Assembly (NCBI RefSeq): GCF_006345805.1
Contig: NC_043009.1
Span: forward strand, 3,472,001-3,536,000
DNA: 64,000 nt
Source of the DNA: Octopus sinensis
Taxonomy: Eukaryota
Direction of reading: 5' to 3'
Shown: in pieces, positions 25,224 through 39,170 of the stretch
Position numbering within the stretch: position 1 is the first letter of the stretch
Layout of the letters: every line of letters begins with the position of its first letter
Made by a program: the position numbers and the translations under genes
Notes under the pieces: generated by a model
The model's input: only the letters and a program-made list of their open reading frames with translations
Databases searched by the model: none
Told to the model about the DNA's origin: nothing

Positions 25224-26264
25224 GGAGAGGAAATGTATGTGTGATTATATTTTCGTACGTATATTCTAAATTATAAACACATTAACAATACACACGCACA
25301 CACACACACAGACACGCACACACAGAGACACAACCACGCACCCACAATTACATACACAGAAGCACTCAAAAGCTCAGAGGCGGTACTGAAAGTCACGCAC
25401 GCACACACGAACACTTTAGCTTTCTCGAGCGTTTGTGTTCATGGCTATATACATATTTATGTAGACATACACATCCCAGCTTCCACCCCCACCCCACAGA
25501 CTTCCCCACACACACACACAAACACACAGACATATATATATATATATATATGGGTATTTGTATATACACGCATATACATGTGTGTGCCTGTGTGTGGATG
25601 TAAATATTCATTTATATATATTTGTGTGTATATGCGTGTGTGCGTGTGTCTATACGTGTGTGAGTGTGTGTGTGTGTGCATGCACAATTTGAAACAAAAC
25701 GGAACATGGATATGTGAATTGCACCTGTGAGATAATAATGACAATGATAATTTTAACTGTCATTTTTATAAATATAATCTGTCTCCGGGAATTCTACCTT
25801 CATAATAAGCGTTATTTTTTCTATCCTTGCTTTAAATTTATGTTCGTGTTATTGCTTTCATCAGTGATGTTACGTACTTTACAAAGTTAGAATAGCAATT
25901 TCAACCTACTTCTTGTTCATATGACTAAGATGCGGTGGGGGAGAAATATAGCTCCTTTCTATGTCAAACTGCATATATGACAGCCAATGTGTGGTTTGAT
26001 GTATGTACGTATGTATAGCATTAAATAATTATATATATATATAGGTAGATAGATAGATAGGAGGGGAGAGAGAGAGGCGTGAGAGAGAGGTACATGTATA
26101 TATATATAGAGAGAGAGATAGATAGATAGATATATACATATATCTATATATATAAGTGTATGTATGTATGTATATATGCGCATATTTATCTCTCTATCTC
26201 TATCTCTCACGGTCTCTTTATACATACATATACTTATATGTATGTGTATATTTATATATATAAA

Positions 26265-26417
26265 TGTATATATATATATATATACATACATATATATATA
26301 TATATATACATAGATATATATATATATATATATATATATATCATATATATATACATATATATATAAACATATATATATATATTATATTTATATATATATA
26401 TATATTATATATATATA

Positions 26418-26462
<45 letters not shown>
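26265..26462. repeat. (TA)n microsatellite
   Basis: Imperfect dinucleotide run. Confidence 0.95.
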
Positions 26463-26557
26463 AGAGAGAGAGGGTAGGTGGAGAGATTCTCAGATAGACA
26501 TATATGAATATGCTGATCGTTACAGTAACAGATAGACAGATATTCAGATATATAGAG

Positions 26558-26592
<35 letters not shown>

Positions 26593-26780
26593 TATAAGCA
26601 TATGTGGGCTTGTGTGTGTGTGTGTATGTCTGTCTGTGTGTGCATGTGTGTGTGCGTCTGTGTATGTGTGTATACGTGTGTGTGCGTGTGTGTATGTACT
26701 GAAGTTATTAACTAAATGTTATACACGTTTTTTTATTAAAACGCATTTTTCTTAATTAATGCCAATAAATGTGAATGTAC

Positions 26781-26857
<77 letters not shown>

Positions 26858-27499
26858 TATATATAATATATATATATATATCCAGATAACATCTACTTAA
26901 AAAATTACTCTATATTTATTTATTTTACCCACACTTTCTTAGTCTCGCTTTTACACGTGCTATTTATCCTCTCTACCTCTCCTTCTTAGTTTGAGCGGTC
27001 TTCCGTCGTTTTCGACGATGCAATCCCATTCGTTTTTAAATGTCCTTGTGATGATATTTCGCATGTTAGCTACTATTTAGTGTACTAATTGGTTTAACTA
27101 TAACCCCGATTAGAATTTCGTTTAATAAACCGTTCATATATGTCCGAAGTAGTGTGAAAATATTTTCCACAGTTTTTACCGTCTCTCTTGCATATGCAGC
27201 GAAACAGGTGTACGTCGTACAGTTTGTATCCTCGTATATTTTATGCATTATTTACATCTAAGAATGTCTTTTCTTCTATCATTTATCATTCACTTGTTTC
27301 AGTAAGTGGATTGCATCCATGATGAGGTGCCACCTGGAAGGTCATAGCTGTACTACATTTTAACACTTGGAATTTATTCTAGTAGTCATTTTGTCGAACA
27401 TCTATGTTATGAAAATGGAAGCATTCTCACATTGATCATCAATCGGTGGTAGGCTGACACACCGGAAGACATGCATGCATACACATGAACATAGAAACA

Positions 27500-27649
27500 C
27501 ACAAACACAGACATTGGACGCTGATGAAAGGAAAGAAAGAAGGAGGGTTTAACGTTTCGAACGGAGCTATACGTCAGAAACATAGGAAAAGGAAAGTTCC
27601 AAGGAAACGAAGACGGAGGAAAAAAATCGCCATCGATACACACGCGGTC

Positions 27650-27652
<3 letters not shown>
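27500..27652 (-). mobile_element. PLE pLTR remnant with decayed hammerhead
   Basis: ttt-CTGACGT-A-TAGC-TCC-GTTC-GAAACGTT-aaa at 27548-27581 (three changes versus the 41194 motif); abuts (TA)n. Confidence 0.6.
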
Positions 27653-27729
<77 letters not shown>

Positions 27730-27999
27730 AACTCATACAGATATGTATGAACTCATACAGACATACGACTGGCTTCCGCACAATCTCTGCCTACTAAATT
27801 GACTGGCGTGGCATTGATCGGCTAAGAGTGATAGTCGAAATCACTTATTTAAAGTACTACACAGTGAGGCTGAAGCTGATTTCAAGAGGTTGCAAACAAG
27901 ATTCTTAACCACAGAACGTTTTAATTGTGTTTTTGTCGACTTTTTACTTCTTTCTTTCCCCGATAAAGTTTTAACACTTGGCAGGCGAGATACTCTTCA

Positions 28000-28510
28000 C
28001 ATAGGTTAATGGATCTATGTCAGAATGTATTATTTGCACATAGAATTAACGTCAGAGATTTTGTATTCTGCAGATACGTGTGTCCTTAATGTAAATCCCA
28101 GTCCTAAGTAACATGCCGCAAGATATGTAGTTAAATTATCTTCACAATCCTTCCGACCATTTCCAACAAAGTCCCCATTCATATGAAGGCATGGATCGAT
28201 CAGAGACTTAAGAAATTACACTAAATGCGGCGCAAGCTAAGCGAATCGCACAAATTCTTGACACACTTTCGTATGTTCTCTCTTCATTGTTAATCATTGA
28301 TATTTAGGAAAATTATGCCTTCCTAACGAATTGTCTGACATCTGAGTCGTGTCTCAAGCCACCAGTTTCCCGCCACATAAAACGAACTTTCTTTTCTCCT
28401 AACCCGGCAAATGTCTCTACTTTTCTTTCGGAATCACTAACAATTTTCTTCAGGATTTTGTTGAATTTCTTCTACAACGAAGCAACATAAAGATTCGTGG
28501 ATAACAATTT
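28000..28510 (-). pseudogene. Degenerate non-LTR reverse transcriptase fragment
   Basis: Decayed PEE..FRK and EKRKFV....A.DT segments resemble LINE RT P.EQ.GFR and WE....AFD motifs. Confidence 0.35.
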
Positions 28511-28662
28511 TGTGTATATCATTCAGAAGTTACATGCGTTATATATGCACATGTGAGTGTGTGAGCGCACGCATCTCTACCTATTCAAGTATGTTCATAT
28601 ACGTGTGTTTGTGTGTATATGTGTGTTTGTGTTTGTGTGTATGTGCAGGTGTATGTGTATAT

Positions 28663-28704
<42 letters not shown>

Positions 28705-30307
28705 ATTTTATATATGTATATATGCATTTATTTCTTATGTATACATAGATTGATGGAAAGGTAGAGACCGATATACAGATATAAAATAAATACTGCAGAA
28801 TCAGCCATAGATTATGTAACATGGAAATATGTCAGTGTTCCTATAAATAATTAATTGCATAAACTCATGTGAAAAGTATGTTGTCCGCCCAGTATTAAAC
28901 TATATTATATATAAACATAGATAAAGCATACATCGGTCTTGTGTTTTGGTGTTTTTTATGTTTAGTTAGAGAAGAGAAACATCAATCATAAACTTCGCAA
29001 CAACCGCTGCAAAACTGCTGATGAGAGCGAGGATGAATATGTGGTTGATGTGGTTTGTGTCCGGTCTTTTGTGTGTCAACTTCTACATGAAAACTGTTAA
29101 CTACGCTTCTAGTTATGAAGCCGATGTAAACTGGAGTCACTCGTAGTCAGAAAAAGCTAGGAAGGTGTGTGTATAGAGCTAGAGTAGCAGTAAGAGTTAT
29201 AGCAATGTTAAGAATATGAAAATAAAAGAAACATGGCGTATCTAACCGATTTTCTCTAAATATGAAAACGAAATATTTAAAAATTAAAGCAGTGCCACAA
29301 AACACTGAAAGGTATAAGAGCAGCATCTATTCATGTTATAACCTTGAGTTCTCCCGGGATTAAAGCAATGACGTAGTTGCGTTAAAAACACACGAGCAGT
29401 AAAATAAACGCGCCTATATACATTTTATATAATTGGGCGATGAACTACTTTTAAACAATTCGACAAATGTTGCAAGGTTCGTGTAGCATAGTTAAACACA
29501 CCCAGAGTTGTGACTAGTATTGAAATTCCCGACATGTAAGAATTAGAGTCTTTTTCATGTTATAAATGACGAGTGTTTCTGCTGCACAAAAATTTATTAA
29601 TGTCATAATAAGTGAGGTTCAGTGAGATCCTGTCTGATATTGTGAGCCCTAGTATTGCTAAAGAATTTCTGGGCGTCAGCTGTGAAGTAATGTTCTATGA
29701 AACATGAAATTATTGTGCCTTGATGATATGACAATGCAGCGTATGTTAGGCGACAGGTATGCGTCGATAATGCTTATGTGTGGAAGGTAAAGGCACCTGC
29801 CGAAGACGTTTATACGTGGTTAAAATTGAACAACTAGCGAGTCGTTAACTTACACAGGAATATAAGCAACTGAATGTTTTGAGATTATAAACATTTGATT
29901 GACGTATACAATAAAGAATCTGCTTATAAAATAAAGTGTGAACCCAAAAGAATAGTTCGGATCTAAGAATGCAGACAGGGGTACAGCTCACCGGAGAATA
30001 AGTTAGCCTCAATGTTAAATTATATCCCTCTCCTTCATCCATATCTCAAATTGTTCAATTATTACTACAATGGATACAGATGATAAGAAAAGCAGACACA
30101 ATATAATATCAAAAACCTGAATTATATTTTCTCCTTCATGAACTGAAATTAAAACTAAAAAGCCATATTTTCTCAGATATATTGAAAAAATCGTCGGCAA
30201 GAAAGAAATGCTGTCGATATTAGCTACGCTTTGTAAAAATTATGTAAACTCCATAGTCAGAACAGTTTCTGTGGCGTAGAGAAATGATGAGATTACTTTA
30301 TCTTATA

Positions 30308-30690
30308 CTAGCAGTATCGCCCGGCGTAGCTCGGGTTTGTTTCGACCCTTTAGAATTGGAATTTTTGAGAGGTAACAATTTTGCATAATGTAACTTGTTA
30401 TTCTCTTTAAGTGAACATTTTTCTGGTTGAAATATAGCGACACAGCAGTCAAAAAATCGTAAAAAGTGGAGATTTTCATAGAAAAAAAAGCACCTTATTG
30501 ATGTAAATAATTTTTGGTGTTAACATGGTCCAATTAAATATTTTTCTACTACGGAAGCAAGAGCAAGCCTTCTTCTACCATACTCTCAATTTTGGTCAAC
30601 TTGCACCGCAGGGTCTCGGAGGAAATAGTGTTAGTTGAAGGCTACCAGACCTGCCACACACAGACAACCTCAGCTTTATGTATAGAGAGA
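30308..30690 (-). mobile_element. Non-autonomous Helitron
   Basis: Minus strand a|TC...CCCGAGCTACGCCGGG hairpin...CTAG|t; inserted between A and T, no TSD. Confidence 0.8.
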
Positions 30691-31664
30691 TGTATCACGT
30701 TGACTGGATAAGGAGATCCTTTGTTATTGAGAAGGGGGCAAAAAGAACAAATGACGTGCAGGAAGTGATTGTTTATGATCGGTCGAATTATATCCGTTTG
30801 AATTCATGGAGGTGGAGGGCAATGAATATATAAATTTAAAGGGGTCATATTAGATTATAAGACATAATAGAGAGTGCATCTATAGAAAATAATACGACAC
30901 ACCTATGCAGTTATTTGCAAATGCACCTATATCTCTCTGGCGACATTTGCACGAACAAACACACACTTATATACACATATAAATACACACATATACGTAT
31001 ATATGTATATACATATATCTATAGATATATATATAAGTATGCATGTGTATATATATGTGTGTGTATGTGTGTGTGTATATATATACGCATATAGACACAC
31101 ATTTATACACACACACAAACATATATATATATGTATGTATGTGTGTGTGTGTGTGTCTGTGTGTATTTGTTTTTCACTAAAATGGTTGGCTGTGAAATTT
31201 CCGCTCAGTCATTTACGTCTAACTGTTCTTTATATATAATTATCTGTGACAACAAATATTTATACATACATATCTGTGCACGTATTTGAATGTTTGTGTT
31301 TTTGTTTGTGTTGGTTTGTATGTGTGACTGTTTCATTTCTAGAAGCAGTAAACTGTGATTCAGTAACACTATGCTCAAAAACTTTGGAAGCTTCAATTAA
31401 AACCATTATATTCACGGCGTGACTTCTATAGCATACAGCACTATCCTGGCTGAATATGTTGATCCACCCACTTTTAAGAAGCAGTGTCTGAGATGATGGA
31501 AAATTTGAATGCTCGTGACATTTATATATACACATATTACAGTATATGCATACATATGTGCGTGCGTGTGTTTGTATAGTATGTCTCCAATAACTGTATA
31601 CGCACATTGCATAATTATATAGAAGTGTATATCAAGATACATTTCATTGACAAACTTTGATGCA

Positions 31665-32040
31665 ATCTAGTGGTTCAGTATATAACTTTTATGAATACCT
31701 CGTTTCAAACAATCGCCTTTTTCGTTCCAGGCACGGATAATAATGCAAACAAGCGAATAACAAGCATCAGAAACGTTCCCTATTTGTGGGCATTCACATT
31801 GAATGGCAGCCCTCAATTCGTCAAATATCGAAGGTTTTGTACGGTGAAATTTATCGTTTATGTATTCCCATGAAAAGATACACAAATGTGAGTTAGATAT
31901 TCTACTTCACTTCTTCACCCGAGCCAACTGTTAAGCAAAATGTTGGGCTCCAAGATTATAGCCGAGATGGTAGTTATGTGGCCATGGCAGATTTCCGATG
32001 CAGTGGATATATAATTGTTAAACAGGACCACAAACATTAA
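31665..32040 (-). pseudogene. Tc1/mariner-superfamily transposase C-terminal relic
   Basis: FSWEYINDKFHRTKPSIFDELRAAIQCEC...EKGDCL resembles FLWGYLK.KVY..KP.TI.EL..AI..E. Confidence 0.55.
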
Positions 32041-32119
32041 GGGAACGCAATCATCTCAAGTCTTATTTTATACGACTTGAAATGTTTGTCTTACCTTAGA
32101 GTTTGTTGTATTGTTCACC

Positions 32120-32150
<31 letters not shown>

Positions 32151-32160
<10 letters not shown>

Positions 32161-32411
32161 CTGTAGGAAGAAATGGAGCTGAACGAAGATTTAACAAAAT
32201 TCCTTTTTATTATTTTCTACATATGTTTCAAAGGCTGCAAAGTCCCTAATTATGATTGAATAAGGAGTCCATTTTGCAGCCTTCTCTTCACGAAAACCCA
32301 GGAACTTAATTCTCCAACAAAATGCACACCAAGCTTTTCGACAAACGCTCACGAGGAGCCCATGGAATAAAATCTTCGTTCAGCTCCATTTCTTCCTACA
32401 CTAAATATATA
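32151..32411. mobile_element. MITE with ~42-bp TIRs
   Basis: TATATATTTACTGTAGGAAGAAATGGAGCTGAACGAAGATTT (32151-32192) versus its inverse at 32370-32411, one mismatch. Confidence 0.85.
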
Positions 32412-32554
32412 AAACTTCAAATTTTCGCACTAAGGCACGGATTTTAGGCCCCATGGTCGTAACCTCAACCGTGCTTTTTCTGTTGTGATCTTTGCTACCC
32501 CGGTATCGGTTATCATTTGAATAATCCGTAATAAGATAATTCATTTATCTACTT

Positions 32555-32651
<97 letters not shown>

Positions 32652-33208
32652 TATATAAGTGTGTATAAAGAGATGTGCACAAAGTGAAGACCCATGGAAG
32701 GACTTTTTACATGCTGAAAAGGGCAGTTTAACCCAAACTACGAAAAAAAACAAACAATTCTAACGGCACGCCGGTAAATCACTACAATGAAAGGGAGTAT
32801 TATTTATAGATAATCCCCTACTCGAGGTCCCCTCTTAATGAACAAATAAATTAATTTCTCACCCGTAGTTCATCAGTGGCATGGCTAAAACTTTGCATAA
32901 TTATAAAGCTTAATAGGTACAGAAAAACACACGTGCGAGCTCCAACCTTATAATTTTCATAGATTTAAATGAAGTGCGCAGGCGCATTTACATTCCCAGC
33001 AGAAAATAATCTATTTTAAAGCTGCGCACTATAAGTGTCAGAATTAGGAAGTTTTACTGTGTAAATCATAAGGATAAAAGTCAGAATAATTTATTACCAG
33101 TGGTTCGCATGCGTAAAGAAATTCACAAGACAACATATTTTCATACAGAGAAGACACATGACAGACTTCTTACATGCTAAAATGGACAGTTAAACCCTTG
33201 TATATCTA

Positions 33209-33271
<63 letters not shown>

Positions 33272-33274
<3 letters not shown>

Positions 33275-33670
33275 TCTTTTACTCTTTTATTTGTTTCAGT
33301 CATTTGACTGCGGCCATGCTGGAGCACCACCTTTACTCGAGCAACTCGACCCCGGGACTTATTCTTTTGTAAGCCCAGTACTTATTCTATCGGTCTCTTT
33401 TGTAACGCTATGTAACGGGGACATAAACATACCAGCATCGGTTGTCAAGCAATGCTAGGGGGACAAACACAGACACACAAACACACACACGCATATATAT
33501 ATACATATATACGACGGGCTTCTTTCAGTTTCCGTCTACCAAATCCACTCACAAGGCTTTAGTCGGCCCGAGGCTATAGTAGAAGACACTTGTCCAAGGT
33601 GCCACGCAGTGGGAGTGAACCTGGAACCATGTGGTTGGTAAACAAACTACTTACCACACAGCCACTCCTG
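33272..33670 (-). mobile_element. SINE family S1, full length
   Basis: Matches the S1 consensus. Confidence 0.92.
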
Positions 33671-33677
33671 TATATAT

Positions 33678-33720
<43 letters not shown>

Positions 33721-33735
33721 ACCACACAAGCCACT

Positions 33736-33772
<37 letters not shown>

Positions 33773-33774
33773 CT

Positions 33775-34140
33775 ATACTTTTACTTACTTTTTTTTACTT
33801 GTTTCAGTCATTTGACTGCGGCCATGCTGGAGCACACCTTTTTTTTACTTATTCTATCGTTCTCTTTTGCCGAACCGCTAAGTGACGGGGACGCAAACAC
33901 ACCAGCATCGGTTGTCAAGCAATGCTAGGGGGACAAACACAGACACACAATCACACACACATACATATATATATATACATATATACGACAGGCTTCTTTC
34001 AGTTCCGTCTACCAAATCACTCACAAGGCATTGGTCGGACCGGGGCTATAGCAGAAGACATTGCCAAGATGACACGCAGTGGGACTGAACCCGCAACCGT
34101 TTGGTTGGTTAGCAAGCTACTTACCACACAGCCACTCCTG
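33775..34140 (-). mobile_element. SINE family S1 with internal deletion
   Basis: Tandem neighbour of the previous copy. Confidence 0.88.
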
Positions 34141-34265
34141 CAACGAGAAAAGTTGCTAGTTCTAAGATCTCTATAAGAGATTTTACAACTAAAATATCTA
34201 GCAGAGGATGGTCTATGCAGAACAACGAAGTTCAGTTAATAACAAACATTACTTGTATATATGTA

Positions 34266-34315
<50 letters not shown>

Positions 34316-34531
34316 AACATATATATATATACATATATACACCCACATATAACACACTCAACACATATATATATATATTTCTATGTATATACGTATATAT
34401 ATATATATATGTATATATAATTAAAAACATATTTATTCATCAATATAAATATGTAAATATACATAGATATATACGCATCTATATACGCAGAGATATGTTA
34501 GCATATATCTTTCCAGACATAGACAGATGTA

Positions 34532-34532
34532 C

Positions 34533-34611
<79 letters not shown>

Positions 34612-34612
34612 G

Positions 34613-34648
<36 letters not shown>

Positions 34649-34660
34649 GGATAGGTAGGT
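34532..34660. repeat. (GATA)n microsatellite
   Basis: Tetranucleotide run. Confidence 0.95.
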
Positions 34661-35035
34661 AGATTTATGTGTTTCGGGGTTTTGGGGGTAGGGGAAACGT
34701 GGGCGAAGTAAGACAAATTTATGCAATGAATTATTGAAAGCGAGTCCCGCCAGAATTATATATCAGGTCAACCAGTACAAAATAACACATTTCATTTCCT
34801 CCCTCGCTAGACAAAATTCAAGAATAAAAACAAATATGCTGTCATAAACTTTGGGTCGGCCCCCATTTCTTCCTCGCATATATTTAAAACATATAGAGTA
34901 ACATCAATAGCAACATCAACGTCTCATAGAAACTGCTAGAGGTTGCACATCTGCAATGCAAATGGAAACATGTATATGTGTATATAAATATAGGTTTATG
35001 GACAGACACGTATGTTTTTGTGTATATATTTATAT

Positions 35036-36645
35036 AGACGCAAGAGTGGCTGTGTGGTAAGTAGCTTGTAAACTAGCCACATGGCTCCGGGTTCAGTCCC
35101 ACAGCATGGCAACTTGGAGAAGTGTCTTCTACTATAGCCTCGGGCCGACCAAAGCCTTCTGAGTGGATTTGGTAGACGGAAACTGAAAGGAGCCCGTCGT
35201 ATGTATATATATATATATGTACAAAACAAATATAGAGAGTGGTCAATATATGATCACTCTAGCACCAGTTAATCCAAAAGGTTTCAACCACGAAGATACA
35301 TGCTTCCCATGAAAGCCAGTACGACTGTTAGCTCACACGGACAGGGCAAGAAAAAATAACAAAATACAGATTATTTTGGGACAATTGTTTCGCTATTAAT
35401 GAATTAAATGTAATATTGCTTACAAAAAAATCCATTTGTAGCTCGTCAGCCAAGACTATCTGGATGAAATCCACTCAATCACACGCCAGATTTTACCATA
35501 ACGATAAATACGCGTGTGGTTCAATTGATTACATCCGACGTTATAATTCAAATGCCCCAACCAACAGCGCGCCAAACATTCACGGAAAACAAATACAGCA
35601 TTTAGAAATAAATGCAGCATAATTATAATTAAATATTATAAGGTGAGAGAATTAGATACTAATTTAATAGTATATTTATTCAACACCAAGTGGCCTAGTG
35701 CTACGAGAAACCTGGATTATTATAATATTTTATAACATATACAATTACTTTACAAAACAAAATATAAGAGAGTGGTCAATATATGCTCACTCTAGCACCA
35801 GTTAATGCAAAAGGTTTTTCAACCACGAAGATACATGCTTCCCATGAAAGCCAGTACGACTGTTAGCTCACACGGACAGGGCAAAGTAAAAAATAACAAA
35901 ATACAGATTATTTTGGGACAATTGTTTCGCTATTAATGAATTAAATGTAATATTGCTTACAAAAAAATCCATTTGTAGCTCGTCAGCCAAGACTATCTGG
36001 ATGAAATCCACTCAATCACACGCCAGATTTTACCATAACGATAAATACGCGTGTGGTTCAATTGATTACATCCGACGTTATAATTCAAATGCCCCAACCA
36101 ACAGCGCGCCAAACATTCACGGAAAACAAATACAGCATTTAGAAATAAATGCAGCATAATTATAATTAATTAATAAGGGTGAGAGAATAGATACTAATTT
36201 AATAGTATATTTATTAACTGGTGCTAGAGTGAGCAATATATTGACCACTCTCTTATATTTGTTTTGTAAAAGTATTGTAATATGTTATAAAAATATATAA
36301 TAATCCAGGTTTCTCGTAGCACTAGGCCACTTGGTGTTGAATAAATATACTATTAAATTAGATCTAATTCTCTCACCCTTATTAATTAATTATATATATA
36401 TGTATATATGTATGTATGTGTATGTTTATATGTTTGTGTGTCTGTGTTTGTCCCCCCAACATCGCTTGACAACCGATGCTGGTGTGTTTACGTCCCCGTC
36501 ACCTAGCGGTTCGGCAAAAGAGACCGATAGAATAAGTACTAGGCTTCCATAGAATAAGTCCTGGGTCGATTTGCACGACTAAAAGGTGGTGCTCCAGCAT
36601 GGTCACAGTCAAATGACTGAAACAAGTAAAAGAGTAAAGAGTATA
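35036..36645 (+). mobile_element. SINE family S1 split by a 1.17-kb insertion
   Basis: 5' half at 35036-35220 and 3' half at 36391-36645. Confidence 0.85.
35221..36390. repeat. Tandem duplication (~531-537 bp unit) plus inverted block
   Basis: 35221-35751 repeated at 35752-36215; 36216-36390 is the reverse complement of ~35625-35803. Confidence 0.92.
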
Positions 36646-36673
36646 CATATATATATTTGTATATATATGTTTG

Positions 36674-36905
36674 AAGGTGGCGAGCTGGCAGAAACGTTAG
36701 CGCGCCGGGCGAAATGCTTAGCGGTATTTCGTCTGCCGTTACGTTCTGAGTTCAAATTCCGCCGAGGTCGACTTTGCCTTCCTTCCTTTCGGGGTCGATA
36801 AATAAAGTACCAGATTCGCACTGGGGTCGATGTAATTGACTTAATACCTTTGTCTGTCCATGTTTGTCCCCTCTATATTTACCCCCTTGTTGGCAGTAAA
36901 TAAAT
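36674..36905 (+). mobile_element. SINE family S2, long-tail form
   Basis: tRNA-like head (B box GAGTTCAAATTCC), central GACTTTGCCTT..CCTTTCGGGGTCGATAAAT..AGTACCAG box resembling the Meta-SINE domain. Confidence 0.88.
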
Positions 36906-37196
36906 ATATATATTTGTATATGGAGAAAGCCAGATCCTTATACGTATTCATACATTTCATAATACCACTATATGTTTGTTGATATTATGTATTTTGTGTG
37001 AATTTAGCTACAATTATACACTGAGAGGTGGAGAAGTTTATATATATATACAGATACGCAAGAAGTAAATAGACACCTTCAGTTTTCAAAATTTCTAATC
37101 TAAGCGTCTTAGTATGTTTTCAACGGTATGGAATTTATAATGTAATTATTCTTTTTCATTCCATTATGTTATATTAAATATTTGCGAAGAGTAACC

Positions 37197-37585
37197 ATGC
37201 CACGCACAAAAAATTCAGCAGAACTGTCAGATTTTCAAAGAGATCTTATAGGTGGGCAATCTGAGGCTGGTCTTAGCCAGTGAAAAATTGTCGAAAATAT
37301 TCAAATTCCTATGCTACCGTTCATAGAATTATAGTGCAATTTAAAAGCCAAGGAAATGTATCAACAAATTCTCCTCCCGGCCAACCTGGCCCCTCGGAAA
37401 GGAAGCTTCACTGTTTGAAGAGAATTGTGAAAAATGAACCCCGTTCGAAGGCTTCTAACATTGCAAAACCGCTAGAAGTTAGTCCAAGAACGTGTGTCAC
37501 ATATCTGCATAATCTTGGGTATTATGGACGAGCAGCTAATAAAAAAAAACCTCTCCTTCAACCAATTAACAGCAAAGAAAAGATT
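37197..37585 (+). pseudogene. Tc1-family transposase N-terminal relic
   Basis: MPRTKNSAELSDFQRDLI...GLS...ATVHRII...RIVKNEPR...VSPRT...L...GYYGRAANKKKPLL matches the Tc1 paired-HTH and R...KPLL pattern; stop and frameshift present. Confidence 0.8.
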
Positions 37586-37959
37586 ATGAAATTAGACCTG
37601 TCTATTTACTTCCTGCATATCTGTGTACATATATATGTGTATATATATATATATATTATATATATATATATATATAATATATATATATATATATGTGTAT
37701 GTATAAAGAAAGAGAGAGAGAGAGAGAGAGAGAGCAATAAGGAAATGGTGGGGATCAATACGTAGTATTTATCAATTTTAGACATTATATTATGTCGATT
37801 TATTTACTAAAATGACAATTACAATGTAATTGCAATGCAATAAAGAACACTTGTGTATTAATAATTGGGTATTCTACCAGTAGTATATTGAATAGATATT
37901 ATTTCTTAGTTCGTTGGATTCACAACCTCTAACTTTCTTGGAATATATCCAGTACTTTT

Positions 37960-38190
37960 TTTTACCTTTTCTTTTTTAAGCCTGGTAGTATTCTACCGGT
38001 TTCTGTTGCCAAAACGCTAAGTTACGGGGATGTAAGCACACCAACACCGATTGTTAAACGGTAGTGGCAGACAAACACAGTCACAAAATCATGCATGTAT
38101 ATACGTGTACAACGGGCATCATTCAGTTTCTGTCAACGAAACCCACTCACAAGGATTTGGTCGGCCTGAGGTTATCGTAGAAAACAAATA
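37960..38190 (-). mobile_element. Degenerate SINE family S1
   Basis: CGCTAAGTTACGGGGATGTAA...CCACTCACAAGG..TTGGTCGGCC. Confidence 0.7.
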
Positions 38191-38280
38191 TAGTTTTGCT
38201 TTTAGCTTCTGCTATTGTTCCTTCTGTAGTTGTTGTTACTCATGATGTTGTTGGTGTAGCTGTTGATATTGTTAAAGATG

Positions 38281-38662
38281 TGGAGGCGCAATGGCCCAGT
38301 GGTTAGGGCAGCGGACTCGCGGTCGTAGGATCGCGGTTTAGATTCCCAGACCGGACGTTGTGAGTGTTTATTGAGCGAAAACACCTAAAGCTCCACGAGG
38401 CTCCGGCAGGGGATGGTGGTGATCCCTGCTGTACTCTTTCACCACAACTTTCTCTCACTCTTACTTCCTGTTTCTGTTGTACCTGTATTTCAAAGGGCCG
38501 GCCTTGTCACTCTCTGTGTCACGCTGAATATCCCCGAGAACTACGTTAAGGGTACACGTGTCTGTGGAGTGCTCAGCCACTTACACGTTAATTTCACGAG
38601 CAGGCTGTTCCGTTGATCGGATCAACCGGAACCCTCGTCGTCGTAACCGACGGAGTGCTTCC
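38281..38662 (+). mobile_element. tRNA-derived SINE (head A, tail X), full length with 14-bp TSD
   Basis: A box TGGCCCAGTGG, B box GGTTTAGATTCCC; TATTGTTAAAGATG at 38267-38280 and 38663-38676. Probably one of the published octopus OK/OR1/OR2 families (not verified). Confidence 0.92.
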
Positions 38663-38949
38663 TATTGTTAAAGATGATATTTCTAGTCATACTTTTAGTT
38701 CCTCGGATTTAAGTCGATAATGGGTAAACCTCTCTGAAGACGAAAATTAGATTCTTGTAGGTCTGACGGTCTAATGATTGTTCTTTCTCATCGTTCACTG
38801 GAGGATTTGTGAAGTAAACCATGTTAGATTAAAAGTATTTTCCCGAAATCACATCAAATCCTATATCCTCGTTTAAGCACATGTTACTTATAATTCACTA
38901 CTGCGAAAACACGCGTGGCAGAATGAAGGTCAGACACAGAGATACAGAG

Positions 38950-38995
38950 AGATACAGTGCGATAGACAAATAGATAGAAAGAAAGATAGATAGAC

Positions 38996-39037
<42 letters not shown>

Positions 39038-39170
39038 CTAGATAGATAGACAGATAGATAGATAGATAGATTGATAGATACATACATACATACATGCATA
39101 ATACACATATTTACATACATATATGCATACATACATACATACAGACATACAGACTGACATACGTGCATGC
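38950..39170. repeat. (GATA)n/(CATA)n microsatellite
   Basis: Tetranucleotide runs. Confidence 0.92.

Noticed and set aside
29400-29800. Possible mariner catalytic-domain relic
   Set aside because: Motif resemblance too faint to distinguish from chance.
35416-36159. Two identical 68-aa ORFs
   Set aside because: Identity simply reflects the 537-bp duplication; non-ATG start and no recognisable domain.
38281-38360. tRNA-like sequences (also at other SINE heads)
   Set aside because: A and B boxes continue directly into SINE bodies with TSDs; no complete cloverleaf, so not tRNA genes.
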